Of a stretch of 64,000 bases of DNA, positions 45,377-57,800 are shown piece by piece (position 1 is the stretch's first letter; every line of letters begins with the position of its first letter). Location of the stretch: NCBI GenBank assembly GCA_002633005.1, contig NMRA01000014.1, positions 25,150 to 89,149 of the forward strand, given 5' to 3'. The position numbers were made by a program, and so were the translations under genes. The notes beneath the pieces were generated by a model, which saw nothing but the letters and a program-made list of their open reading frames with translations, made no database searches and had not been told where the DNA came from. Source of the DNA: Phoronis australis. Lineage: Eukaryota > Animalia > Phoronida.

Positions 45377-47479
45377 CTCTACTGCTAAGTAGAAGCAGTA
45401 GCACTTATAAAAAAGTAATTATCCTTACTAGGTAACCTAGTGAATAGAGTCAGTCTATTGATAACTATCCCTCTATTGCGACTGGAATGTGGAAAGAACT
45501 GGTCCATCTGGAGTGACATTCTGATCTCATTCAAGGTACCTAAAGTACACGGCTTATGGACTGCAAATGACAGTGTTGGATGCAAAAACACGGCTTACGT
45601 ACCTGGAAACACAGTTCACCAATTCAAATGCACAGTTACCGGACGGACTAACAAAACACGATTCATTCACCAAAAAAAACACGGCCGTGGATTCTCATTC
45701 ATTTAGAAACACGACACACGAACCACCAAACATGGTAAAACATGCTGAACATACAATCACATACTCATCAGCTTAATGGTAAGTAGCGCGAAATAGTGGG
45801 TATTACTACGCAGAAGGGAATTGACCAATCTTCATTTGGAAGTCGCTACTCTCAATGTCTTTTTTGAGAACTGATGATACAATAACAATTTGGATTGCAA
45901 TAAATTGTAGCACAATTAAGCAGTTTAAATAATGTTGTATTCTTATTTACCATTACGCCATTCTCCCATGCAGTGACTTTATCAGACGTTGAGAGTTGTG
46001 AGAGTGTGATAACATCAAGCTCCTTTGTTAGCTGCCAAACACCGTCTTTTGTCTAGTATGTAACATGCAGGCTAATTATCTACCAGGCTTATTAGGGACC
46101 ATGTGTGAACACAGTCAAACCCAGTGGGTTGGTACATTCAGATAGAATGGATTGTCTTAACTTTGGTTGTAGTTGGCAATTTTTGTGATTCAAAAATTAA
46201 ACATGACCAGCATATGTCTAGGAATTCAGAAATATTATTGGTTCATGTTCAAACATTTTATAACTTAACTTTTATTCTTAACATCACAGCCCAGTCAGGC
46301 TAGATACTAGTAGGAGATTAGAGCATTATCAAACAAAAAAGAGCTGACCCTCCTACCATAAAAGCCAGAATGGAGTTAATCAGTCGTGTAAGATATTGGC
46401 TACAGGGGTCATTCTCCCAACTTCTTGTTGGGCTTAATTCAACAGAAAAAGTTGGGCAATTACATCATATTACAGACAAAAATACGATCAAAATAGCTTA
46501 ATCTTGCATCCATTATACAGCTGTCGAAGCCGATATCTACATTTTTTCGTAAACCATGTTTGATGGTCTGTGTGTCGTGTTCCTGTCAGTGAATGTGAGT
46601 TCATGACAGTGCATGTTTTTTGAGAGAATGAATTGTGTTTTGTGAGTCCGATCTCATGTATTTGAGTCAGTGAACAGTGTTTGCTGGTACATGAGTCCTG
46701 ATTTTGCATCCGACACCATGCTTTGGAGCTCGTTAACCGTTTAGTTTAAGTACCTCGTCACGGGGACATATACAGCATGATCTTCGAAGAAGCACGTCTA
46801 GGTTTGTTAATCCTCAAAACGTGGTCCCCACAGAACCCTTAGTCTCAGATCTAAGCAAAATAGAATTTGTCAATAATTTTGTTGATGAACGAAGAGACAT
46901 ATTGGAAAAAATCCCAACAACCAATTGTTCAATCGGAAAGGATCCAAAGGTAAAGGCCCCCAAAAGGTGTCTAGCTTCCATGCTCAAAACCACCCACCCA
47001 CACTGTCACAATAAAATACCCGTTCACATGTTACATTCCTCCAGAAAATGTATGATTGTGGAGTCAACAATTACACAAATCTTTTACACTGAACTTCCAA
47101 GTATACCAAGTTCACGCATATGAGATCTTGAGATGAGCCTAATTCACAGGTCAAGTACAACACTTACAAGGCAATTACATCACCTGAGGCTGAATGCTGC
47201 AGGCATACAGCATGACAGCATTTTCCCTGTTCAGTGACTTTACCAGACTTAGAGGGTTGTGAGGGTGTAATAACATCTAGCTTCTTTGTTAACTGCCAAG
47301 CACACTCTTTTGTCTGGTATGACAACAGGCAAGCCAATTATCTACCAGGCTTATTACAGACCACATGTGAACACAGTCAAACCCAGAGCGAATTGGTATG
47401 TTCGGAAAGAATAGATTGTCGCAGCTTCAGTTGTAGTTGGGCAATTTTGGTGATTCAAAAACTAAACATGATCACCATT

Positions 47480-48422
47480 CATAGGCGGATTTAGGGGGGC
47501 CCAGGGGGCCCGGCTCCCCTCCCCTCCTTGGCTGCCGCAAAAAAATAAAACAGCAAGAGCGTAGGGAAATGTTGAATTTATTAATTAGCCCCGGTAATTA
47601 TAATTATACGTATGAAACAAGATTTAAATGTGTGCAGCTTTAGTGTTTGGGGGGAGGGGGGCTCAGATCCAATTTCAATTCGGAACACGGCGCATTCGTA
47701 ACGGAACTATGGCTAAGTATAAGCTCTCCCGCGATATCCCAGGCGACCGGCAGTGGCGCTTTGCACTACGACTCGGTTTCCATCGTCTGCTCCACTGTGC
47801 AATGAAGAAAATTTACTTCATTTTATAAAGAAAATGGAACCTGAGTGACGATGAAAAAACAGAAACTGCTGATAAGATGTGAATTTTAATCGTGAATTGG
47901 TGAATCACTCAGAAACTCATAATTCTCTCTTTGTCAAACCTTAACTTAAGACGATTTCCAAAGCAATCCCGTCATTATTGCCAACACGAAAAACGGATTT
48001 GGTCTTTTGGGCATTTGAAGACTATTTTAAATACAACAAATTTGTTAAGAACCGATTGCACAAAATATAAACCGATAAACAAGTAGGTCTCGTAGCACTA
48101 CATTAGTAGTTAAATCGTGGTGTGTAGTGGTAAAGCACGCGCGCTCTATCCGCCAGGTCGTGAGTTCGAGTCTGTGGTACACACGGTTTTTACTGTTTGA
48201 CACATTCTCCGTGTTTTTTTGCCTTTTTTTCTTGGATAATACTTCATGAATCAAGGAAAATGCTTGATTTTTAGAGGAAAAAACATAAAAATTTCCTGGG
48301 CGGGAGGGGGGTTTGCCCCCGACCTCCCCCCATTCGGTGCTATGCGCATCTTGGTTTGCGCAAATGCTTACAGACGAACAAAATGCTGGGCCCCCCCTTA
48401 TGATATCCTAGATCTGCCACTG
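47480..48422. mobile_element. 943-bp non-autonomous DNA transposon, 5-bp TSD CCATT, containing a tRNA-like segment (about 48113-48185)
   Basis: ccatt|cataggcggattt...agatctgccactg|ccatt; internal gtgtagtggtaaag (A-box-like) and gagttcgagtc (B box). Confidence 0.82.
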
Positions 48423-49022
48423 CCATTTGACGAAGATTTAAAAATGCCATTGGTTTATGTTCAAATATGTTGTACAGAATTTGTTAAATGCACGACACTT
48501 TTCATTGTTCATGGTCTTTATTCCGTTGCGTTCATACTTTCTGAACAAAACTCTACTCTCAACTGAACATAGATACAGTAACTGACCTAGAGACATAATT
48601 AAAAGACACACAATATTTCGAAACATACTTGTTTCATTCTCAAGTGAATATAAAATGACGCAGTAATGCCACCACAGAGTATAAGCTGACGACACACACA
48701 GTGAGACACGGCGGGTGTGACATACTGCAAAGAATGACTAATGAATTGGGGTAACAGGAAAGTCACGCAAACAAGTGTAACGTGTGGCGCGACCCTGTTT
48801 GCTGCTCAGATATGTTATAACTTAACTTTTATTTTTAACAGCACAGCCCAGTCAGGCTATAGATAGGATCTTGTTGGAGATTAGAGCAATTATCGAACAA
48901 AAGAGAGCTGGCCCTTCAACCACAAATGCCAGAATGGAGTTAATCAGTCGTGTAAGATATTGGCTACAGGGGTCATCTTCCCACCTTGTTGTTGGGCTAT
49001 AGAATCGAACGAGTTGGGGGCA

Positions 49023-49140
49023 TTGGTCGGATATAGCGGTCCCTGATTTACAGAACCAGTTTCATCCACTAAATAACGGGCCCGTTATTCAGTGTTTGTC
49101 TGGTTCTCTAAATCAGGTACCGGCGCTATATCCGACCAGT
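49023..49140. repeat. Hairpin/MITE-like inverted repeat
   Basis: tggtcggatatagcg..cctgattta.agaaccag vs ctggttct.taaatcagg..cgctatatccgacca. Confidence 0.75.
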
Positions 49141-49579
49141 ACTGCCCAAGTGGGGAGCAACGGGAAAACGCCGTAATGGGGGTGATAGTAGACCCCTACA
49201 TCCCCATAAAAAGTTACCCATTTCAAAATACACTTATACAGCAAATAAAATAGATGAAACATGCATAGATGCACATGGTGTTATAATTAACACATACCAT
49301 GACTCTGAATACAAATTAGTCACCATAACTGGCATAACTCGAACATAATCCTTGAATAAGTGATCGCGGCTCGCTAGAGTTTAGACTCTCACAACACCGG
49401 GTGCCATTTTGAGGAACATATGTGAAATCACGCCTGCTGACGAACAAAAAGTCCAAGGGACACAAATCTAATAAATTCCACCTGATATCTTCTCATGCTA
49501 TTTTGTCTTACAGTGTACTGACACACAGTCACTGACACTGGCACGGTTTTTAAATTCTTGGCTTTCAGATTCATTTAGT

Positions 49580-49896
49580 ACTTACAATTATCACTGATTT
49601 GGTTCTTGATACTTAAAAATCCAGTAAGTGTTATTATAACCAACCAGTCTTCTCAATATTGTCTTCTAGGGCTAGGCAGTGATGCGACAGTAACTTAAAG
49701 GTAGAGACAGTCTGGCTCAGGGCGTTGCGCTGTGAAATCTTACGCGACATTCAGCGCTATCTCTTGGGAGTTTTCTGAACCACTCACCGCAGCGCTACCT
49801 ATTGGAAACGAGAAACGTTTTGTTTTTCATTTTTGTGAAGAAAGCACTCTTTAAGATACTGATTATCGTCATTATCTTGGGCAAAAGTAGGTAATT
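49580..49896. promoter_or_regulatory. Candidate bidirectional promoter and non-coding first exons of PLSCR (-) and COPS7 (+)
   Basis: Both ATG exons are preceded by splice acceptors, so 5' UTR exons must lie between them. Divergent donors occur at 49585 (- strand gtaagt) and 49891 (+ strand tag|gtaatt), with a CpG-richer core and ATTGG at 49801. Inference only. Confidence 0.4.
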
Positions 49897-51834
49897 CAAA
49901 ACCTAAAAGCAACAATACTTTCAATGGAGACACGGTAAAGCAAGTTTTTAAAGTGATTAAAAAGTCGGGGACACCGCGTGGGTGACACCAACTCTGATTT
50001 TGCGCCTGTCGCAGATCCTTCTCTCTCTGACTCCGGGCATTTTAATTAGCCCCTCGACGATGCTGGCATCCGTACCAGAAGGCAATGTAATTATAATATT
50101 CCAATAAATAGGACAGATTACAGGAAAAATATATTCATACCTAGACCAGTCGGGGACTGAAATAACTTGCCGGGACACATTACATCCGCCCCTTCTCTTG
50201 ACATCTTTGTAAGCAAGCTACTTGCCTTTCTGAAGTAACATAGTCATAGTCTGTAGACAGTGACCCCCGTCACTAGCTAACTAGAGACAGTGTAGCTCCT
50301 ATAGTATTCGGAAGATTTTTGGTGAAGTACGCCTTCATAGTCTAGTGCTTCCCACTTACGGTCTGCCTTATCTGTAAACGACCTAGCTATGTTAACCGAT
50401 CTCTGAAGTGACGTCCACTGTGTATATATTTTTAAACTTGCAATAGTTGTTTTCATATTTGTTGATCTTCATTTTTATACACTGAAAATACTCTGCGAAG
50501 AGTGTGGTTTTTTGAAGAAACAAGAAGAAGATGATGATGATTGAGAATATTTTATAACCACTAGGCACTATGCAGGGCTTCTGACGAGAAGGGTGGACAA
50601 GACTGAAGGTGGCTGGAAACTCGCGACTTGTTTTGTGTTCCTCGGCTCAGCCATTGCCAGCTAGCATGGGAGCTTATTTCAATCTGTTAGAACATATCTC
50701 TAGTATACACCACATTTGTAAAATAAGGAGTAGTGCACATTGTTACACGTACATGCTGTAACATACTGCACCAGAAGTGAGTTTTGGATACGCTGGAAGT
50801 CTGTCGAAACAAAGCTCAACACTGACAACAGCTCATGGCATTCGGAAATAATCAGTGTCATACAGAATTACAATGAGCCTACAAGAGATTTGTTGTTGTC
50901 AGCCAGAATCCTCTTGGTTCATTTTGTCGCAGATGTGAGGTATGAGGTTTGAGCTAATTTGTGTTCGCAAACAAATTTCCAACTAGTACCATTCACATAC
51001 CAATCGGTAGTACACTAAACATGTCAACCCAGCCCACGGCAAATACATGGGAAGATGGTGACTGAAACAACCTATGTACTAGCACTCGTAGCGTTGAAAT
51101 AAATGAGCAAGTCTCTCTTTGTGAGTAAATATTTTGCTGAGACAACGGAAATCTATTTATTTCAAAACCCCTTGGTTGTATTTTGATGGTCTTTGGCTCT
51201 AAGGTGCAAAGTATGGCTTGGTTGATATACATATCACTTTTTAATTTTCCCTGTCCTTGGGGCTTATAGGGCTGCAACACCTCTTAGTTGCTATTTAGGT
51301 CTCGACAGAGGGCTTTTTAGTACTTTTTAGGAGAAGAGCATTTCCGTATGATACATGTATTTAGAGAACTTATTGATGGCTGTTAATGAAACGTGACTCA
51401 TATGTTTGTGTTGACACCAATCGATTTTCACAGCAGCAGCACCCTTCAGTAGCCATTTTGGTAGACCAAGGGGCATTTCACTATTGTTTGAAGGAAAAGC
51501 AATTCTGGATGTTGTCTAGAGAACAGCTTGATGAATTTTAATGAAGCTAAAAACAGGGGTATGTGAGGGCAATGTGTTGGGTCCATTCAATTTTTCGGAA
51601 GGATTTGACAACTTCAGCTACCCTTTAAATGACCCACTATCACTCACAGCAAAAATATACAAAGGATCAACAACTCTGATATCATCATAAAGTGTTTGCA
51701 CAGGCCCAATTTGGCACCTTTGTGGGCGTGGGAGCAGTAAGTCGACACTTTCAATATCTGATGCAATTTTTCCTCAACAGATAATTTTTGGTAGTGCTTC
51801 AAGCGTCTATCATTTATGTTTTTGTGACTTTCAG

Positions 51835-54800
51835 ATGACAGAGAAGCCAGTTTCAGGGAACCCTCTTGAGCAGTTCCTTATTTTAGCTAAGGCAGCAAAA
51901 GGTGCTGCTGCCGTCGGCCTCATTAAGCAGGCTCTGGAATCACCTGGCATCTACGTGTTTGGAGAATTGCTCGACCTAACTAACATTCAGGAGGTGAGCC
52001 AATTGTGGAGGTGGGGGGGGGGGCAGTGTGGTGGGCCTGTGGCACACCAACGTATTGCCAGTGATTTAAATCACTCTTTGTGTAGGCCTAGTGGTTGGTT
52101 GCTTACCTGTAAAAGAGTCCTTGGGTACCTCGTCATGGGGAAATATCCTTCGTAAAAGTCCTTGGGTTGCACAACTGGTGCAAAATAGTGGGAGGCTATG
52201 TTCACCAGTTGGTGCTTATGAACAAATGTTCATGTTTTAAACACCTGAATAGACTGAGAGCAGAAAACCATTCATCAGCCTGGGGGCAACTGTGGGCGGT
52301 CCCATGTGATTATTTAATTGCAATTGCAAATATTTGTATAGGTAAGACAGTTGTCACACTAGCACCACCTAGTGAGTTTGAAGTTCCAATTCTATTGTAA
52401 GAACACACTTCTACATGACTGGATGTAATTGCATGAAAAATTGCTGCTCAACATGAATCTGTTGAAGTTAATTAAAATTCTAATAAATTAACACTGTCCC
52501 CCACTTATTCTTTGTTTAATGATTTTATGAATTGTACAATAATGTCACACTAAGTATTAAAATAATGGAAGAACTGCATCTATGCGTTCATAATGTATTT
52601 ATTTTAAACTAGAGACAACGAGGATATTTTCCATATGTGCTGAGGGGTTTGACCTTAGTTCTTAACTTCAAAAAATGTTTCAAAAATATGCATTAAAGAA
52701 CGTCTTTAAGTTGGTCTTACATTACAGTTTCACATTTGTGTAGTAACTTTAAGTTGGTCTTACATTACAGTTTCACATATGTGCAGTCCGGCCATGTATA
52801 CTAAGGGCCTACTCATAAGTTTCTAGGCTGAGTGGGGGAAGTAGGATACCATCTTGTTGCATGACTTGTTATAAGGTCTATAGCTTTGCGTGTGGAAAAC
52901 CAGGGCTGAGTTGTGAAAGCAACGGAAGTTAGTGTAATCATGTACATCAATTGTAATATGATATCTCGTGAAGTATTGCATGAGAATGCATTTTAGTGAA
53001 GTTCTCGCATCTATGAGAGGCATAGCTCTGCTCTGTAGACACGGAAATCTTAAGAAGGAAGCTCATGTGGTCACGTACTTCACTTGCAGTACATGGCGAT
53101 ATCTCGTGAACTATTGCATGAGAATGCATTTTTGGTGAAGTTCTTGCATCAATGAAAAGCATAGAGCTCTTTGTGTTTTGTAGACATGAAAGTCTTATGA
53201 AGGAAGGTCGTGTGGTCACAGGCTTTACTTGCAGTACATGGCCATATTTGTGAAGTCTTGTGTGATCTTACATTTTTGTACGGTTCTCGAGTCTGCAGAA
53301 TGCAAGCCGGACCAAGATTTTATAAACTTTGGGCAGATTCCTGCTGTGCCGAATTAGGTTAGCTTTGTGGCGCCAAGGGAAGTAAGACAAACATCCTTTC
53401 TTCTGATCTCCCAAAAGGTTCAGTTTTTGCTTAATGTCTCTGTAGTTGAATCTGACATGAATACTTTGTGTGATCTACTGTTTAACTTAGATTTATGATT
53501 ATTGTTGCAGTTAGAAAAGGGAGAGCATGCTCCATACTTTCATCTGCTGTCGCTGTTTGCTTATGGAACATATGGTGATTACAAAGGTGAGTCTGGTGTA
53601 TTTAAGTGTGGTGTGTTTAGGTCTGGTGTAGAACCATCTTTGAAAAACTTTCAAGTTTATTTTGGAGGTTTTAGAAATTAATCATTTCTCTGTGCTGGTT
53701 TCTCCAAGAAATCAGTGATCTCCCAAGGTGCAAGACTTGTCTGTGTACATCAATGTGCGACAACAATGAATTTTTTGTTCCCTTGTGTCTGGAGCATTAT
53801 TTATTTTGCTTCCCACTTTTTACCAGATGCAGTTAAAATGGCAATGAACTGAGCTCTGCAAATGAAACTAACTTTGATTTAGGTCACTTGCCGATAATAC
53901 TGATTTGAACCGTCTTGTTCCTTTGGGAAGCGGTTTTTGGACTTGGAAAGAAGTGAAGTTCGTCAGAGCTTAAGACCATTTACAGCACATAAAGTGACTT
54001 ACTGTGACAAGCCAACATGTGTCAGGTTTTTCCGCTAGAAACCATGATCTCTGATTTTGACTGGGAACTATTTGACACCACTTTTTTGTAATTATTGTAA
54101 ATCAAAAATAGCTTTGATGTGGATTTTCCTTCACTTCGTTTTTTTTCAGACAACTATGATAACTTACCCAAGCTGTCGCCTCCAATGTTGACAAAGCTAA
54201 GGCATCTTACATTAATCTCCTTGGCAACAAAAGACAAGTGCATTCCCTACAGTGTCTTACTACAAGAACTTGACCTAAAGAATCTTCGCGAGTTGGAAGT
54301 CAGTATACTTTGTGTTTGTTCACTTATGTATGTTATTGTTCATATTCCATAGAGTAGGCCTTTGAAAGGAGGACTGTTTGTCAGAAGACCATCACACTAG
54401 TGGTTATGAAATTAGATGGATATACTTGTAATGTCAGACGCTATTCTCCTCATGTCCCAAACAAATTTTTTGTACTGATTTGGTTACCATAGCAAATTTG
54501 AGTTAGACTGAACATTTTAGAAAATTTCCAAAAGGTTCAACTGAATGTGATGCAGGTTAATTAAGTGAAATTGACACATGTGAAGGAAGCAGTCATGACT
54601 GCAATGATTTGGGTCACAGTAGAAGTCTAGAAAATCCACGAGCAGCCTTTTGTGTAGTGGCTTTGAAATGGTTAATGATTTGGGATGATTGTATTGTTCT
54701 TGAAATACAGTGTTTCAATGTATGCTAATCCCTCAGATATTAAGTTCTGTAGAAAGAAGTGGAGACTGTGACATGAATGATTATATTTGATTTCAGGACA

Positions 54801-57800
54801 TGATCATAGAGGTAATTTATGCTGACATAGTACGTGGTAAACTTGATCAGAAGAATCAACAGCTGGAAATTGACTACGCCATCGGTCGAGACATACGACC
54901 AGATTCTCTCAAAGAAGTTATCTCTGTTTTACAGGAATGGTTTGTAGTAATTAATGATTATTTTTACCACTATTTTTAGCCTTATGTGTTTTCATATTTG
55001 GCCTCCAAATTATTAAACCAAACTTGGACTGAGTTTTGGTGCTAGAAAGTTTCAATAACTTCTCCACTGTACACGTCTTACGCTAAGTGACGCAGTTCAA
55101 CAGTCGTTACATTCCTTGAAAATTTCTTCAAATGTGTAAACATGCCCATGATGTACAATGAATGATATTGATCAATTGATTTTTCAAATTTGTGTTACTT
55201 ACTGTTTGAAGACTTATAAAAAGAAGGATTATGTGGAGTCTGTAAAATTAATGTTCCACAAATTGCCCTTAAGTCATCACAGAGTTGCTATAGTGTTGAA
55301 AATACTACACGCACGCATAGTACCCATGATATTAGAAAATATGTGATCATCATTAGTAGAAAACAAAGAATGCATGATTTCAAAATATAATGTTATCAGA
55401 TGTCAGAGTTGGCTGTAAAAGCTCATTTTTCTGGTTACTAACTGGAAGGAAGTGTTTCAATAATTTCCATGTCTCAGGGTGGGGCATGTCCTGCCAAATA
55501 TCCACTTGTCACATCAGGGTGGGGCATGTCCTTCCAAATATCCACTTGTCGCATTAACATCCCACCATTGTCATAAAGACGCATTGAAATTTGAACAGTG
55601 AATTAATTGCGCGTGTGTATAAAGTTTTCCTGAGGCGAATGAAGCAATTACATGAGTTTTCCTTGTCCATCATATCAACGATTAACCCTTGAATACATGA
55701 TTACTCAACTGCCTTGTACGTGCATTGACACTTCTCAAAGTGGAATGCATTTTTGTGACTTGGATGGAAATTTCAATACCCGTGCATCCCTCAGGCGCAC
55801 AAAACTATTGAAACTTTTCCCCGATGCCTCCCGGTTCGTAACCGGACAAGAGAGTTTATCCCCAACTGCCACATTTGGATACCTAGATAAAACTTTCTCA
55901 AGTTGATCTAGAAATAGCTACTACAGTTAGAAGTTGCGCATTTGTTTGTTTTCTGCTTATTCCAGTTTCCACATTTTACTTGATGGTTGCACATGTTCTA
56001 GTCTTATGGAGGCTTTGGGGGCACGATTTTCTAAACTAAACGTGAATTCTAATTTCACTGCCATTTGCTATTTTTACAACATTTGAAAATAATTAATTCT
56101 GACTACTTACAACTATAGGTGTTGCCTGCCAAAAATCAATATTGCAGATTTTTGTACCAATTCTGGCTTTATTTCGTAATTTTTATTTCATTCAGGTGTG
56201 ATGGATGCGAGACCATGCTGACTGGCATAGAGGCTCAAATAAATAAAGCGAATCTTAGCAAAGAAAATAGTTCTAAAATGAAGCTGCAGACAGACCAAGA
56301 GGTATGTATTGGTGGTACACAGGTCAGTCAGCAGTTGTTTAAAGATATTCGTGTTTCTATTTATTATAAAATTTTGCAATTGAAAAAAATTTAATGCAAA
56401 ACCAATTTAGTTAAAACCTATTCTCAAATAAAGCTCTTTTAACAGGAGTTCAGATTTTTTCAAAGTAAGCATAATTTTATTAGAGAATTCTTACAGTTAT
56501 GTAGGATCCAAGGAAAATGTCCAAATATGGCCGACGTCATATCTCAGAAATGGTGGACGGGTTACATATGAAGCTGTTGTCCAGAACGCTGATGGGAATT
56601 GTTGTTTAAGTGTCTTTTTTGTGTGGGCAGTTATAAAAAAATGGACTTTTATGATTTTCATTAAAAAAATCAAAAGTAATTCTAAACGAAAACAAAATGG
56701 CAATTTATAAAACTGTAAAAGCGGTTTTGAGATTTTATTTTGAACATTTGTATCAAATGAAATTTGGTTGTGTTCTTGATAGTGTGGTTTTGAGTTTTTG
56801 CTAAATTTTAATGAAGACATGGTCACCTTACTCAGTTAATGGCAGGATGGTAAAAAGTCAATCAAATTCTTCAGGCTTTCTACGTTCAGATCAGGGCTGT
56901 TCCAGTAAAATCCGTGTGGGAGGGGGGGGACGGCAGTAGAAATAAAAATTCATGGGTGGTTGTCTTCAGAAAAAAACTCAAATTATGGGTGGTCGTTCCT
57001 GTAAGAAGTGATGCATTAAAAATGGGTGGTCTTTTTTGACCTGTCAATGTTGATAGTTTGGTTACTCCAGCCCTCTGAACTAAAAACAAAATGCAATTGG
57101 CAAATATCCTAACTTATCCCAAAACGAAAAAACCCATATTGCCAGTGAACAGAGTGCAATATGTTCACTAAGCCATTAATCAAGTCATGGGCAACTTGAT
57201 ATGAGCCAACTGTTTGTCTGCAGTCCTATTGAATTGAAAAGTTATGCAACACTAAACAGGTGTTAACACATATAAGAAAATTGATGATTTTTAAATAAAA
57301 AGTATGAGGAATAAGATAAACAAGTTCCAATTTTCACTTGCAATAGAAGTATAAAAGAGTTTGTGGAGATAGTTTGAGATTCATAGATCCTTATAATTGA
57401 AAAAATGTTCATTGAAATTATAGACACATGGTGAACAGAGACACCTGGTGGCTGCCAAAAGTATTGCTCACAGGCTACTTTAGTTTTTGACAATATTGGA
57501 CAAGACAACTAGTTCTTGTCTGTCAATCATCTAAGTTCTTAAAACGGTCCTCCTGGTGGCAATTTGTTTGCAAGTGTTGGATTCTATATTTTAACCTATC
57601 AAAAATAATTAAAAAATTATGGGTCATGGGTTGGAGAAATAAATGAAAAATATGGGCGGTGGGTACGAAATAAAAGTGCCTTCCCCCCCCTCCCATACAG
57701 ATTTTGCTGGAACAGCCCTCAATACTTTTACAGTTAATTTCCATATTTTTGTAAGTATTTAATCAGACCTATTGATGAGGTCATGTATCACCTTGAGTTT

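Noticed and set aside
49960-50205. Minus-strand PPT+TGTAAT and PBS-like tggtgtca suggesting an LTR element
   Set aside because: No matching second LTR end or TSD was found.
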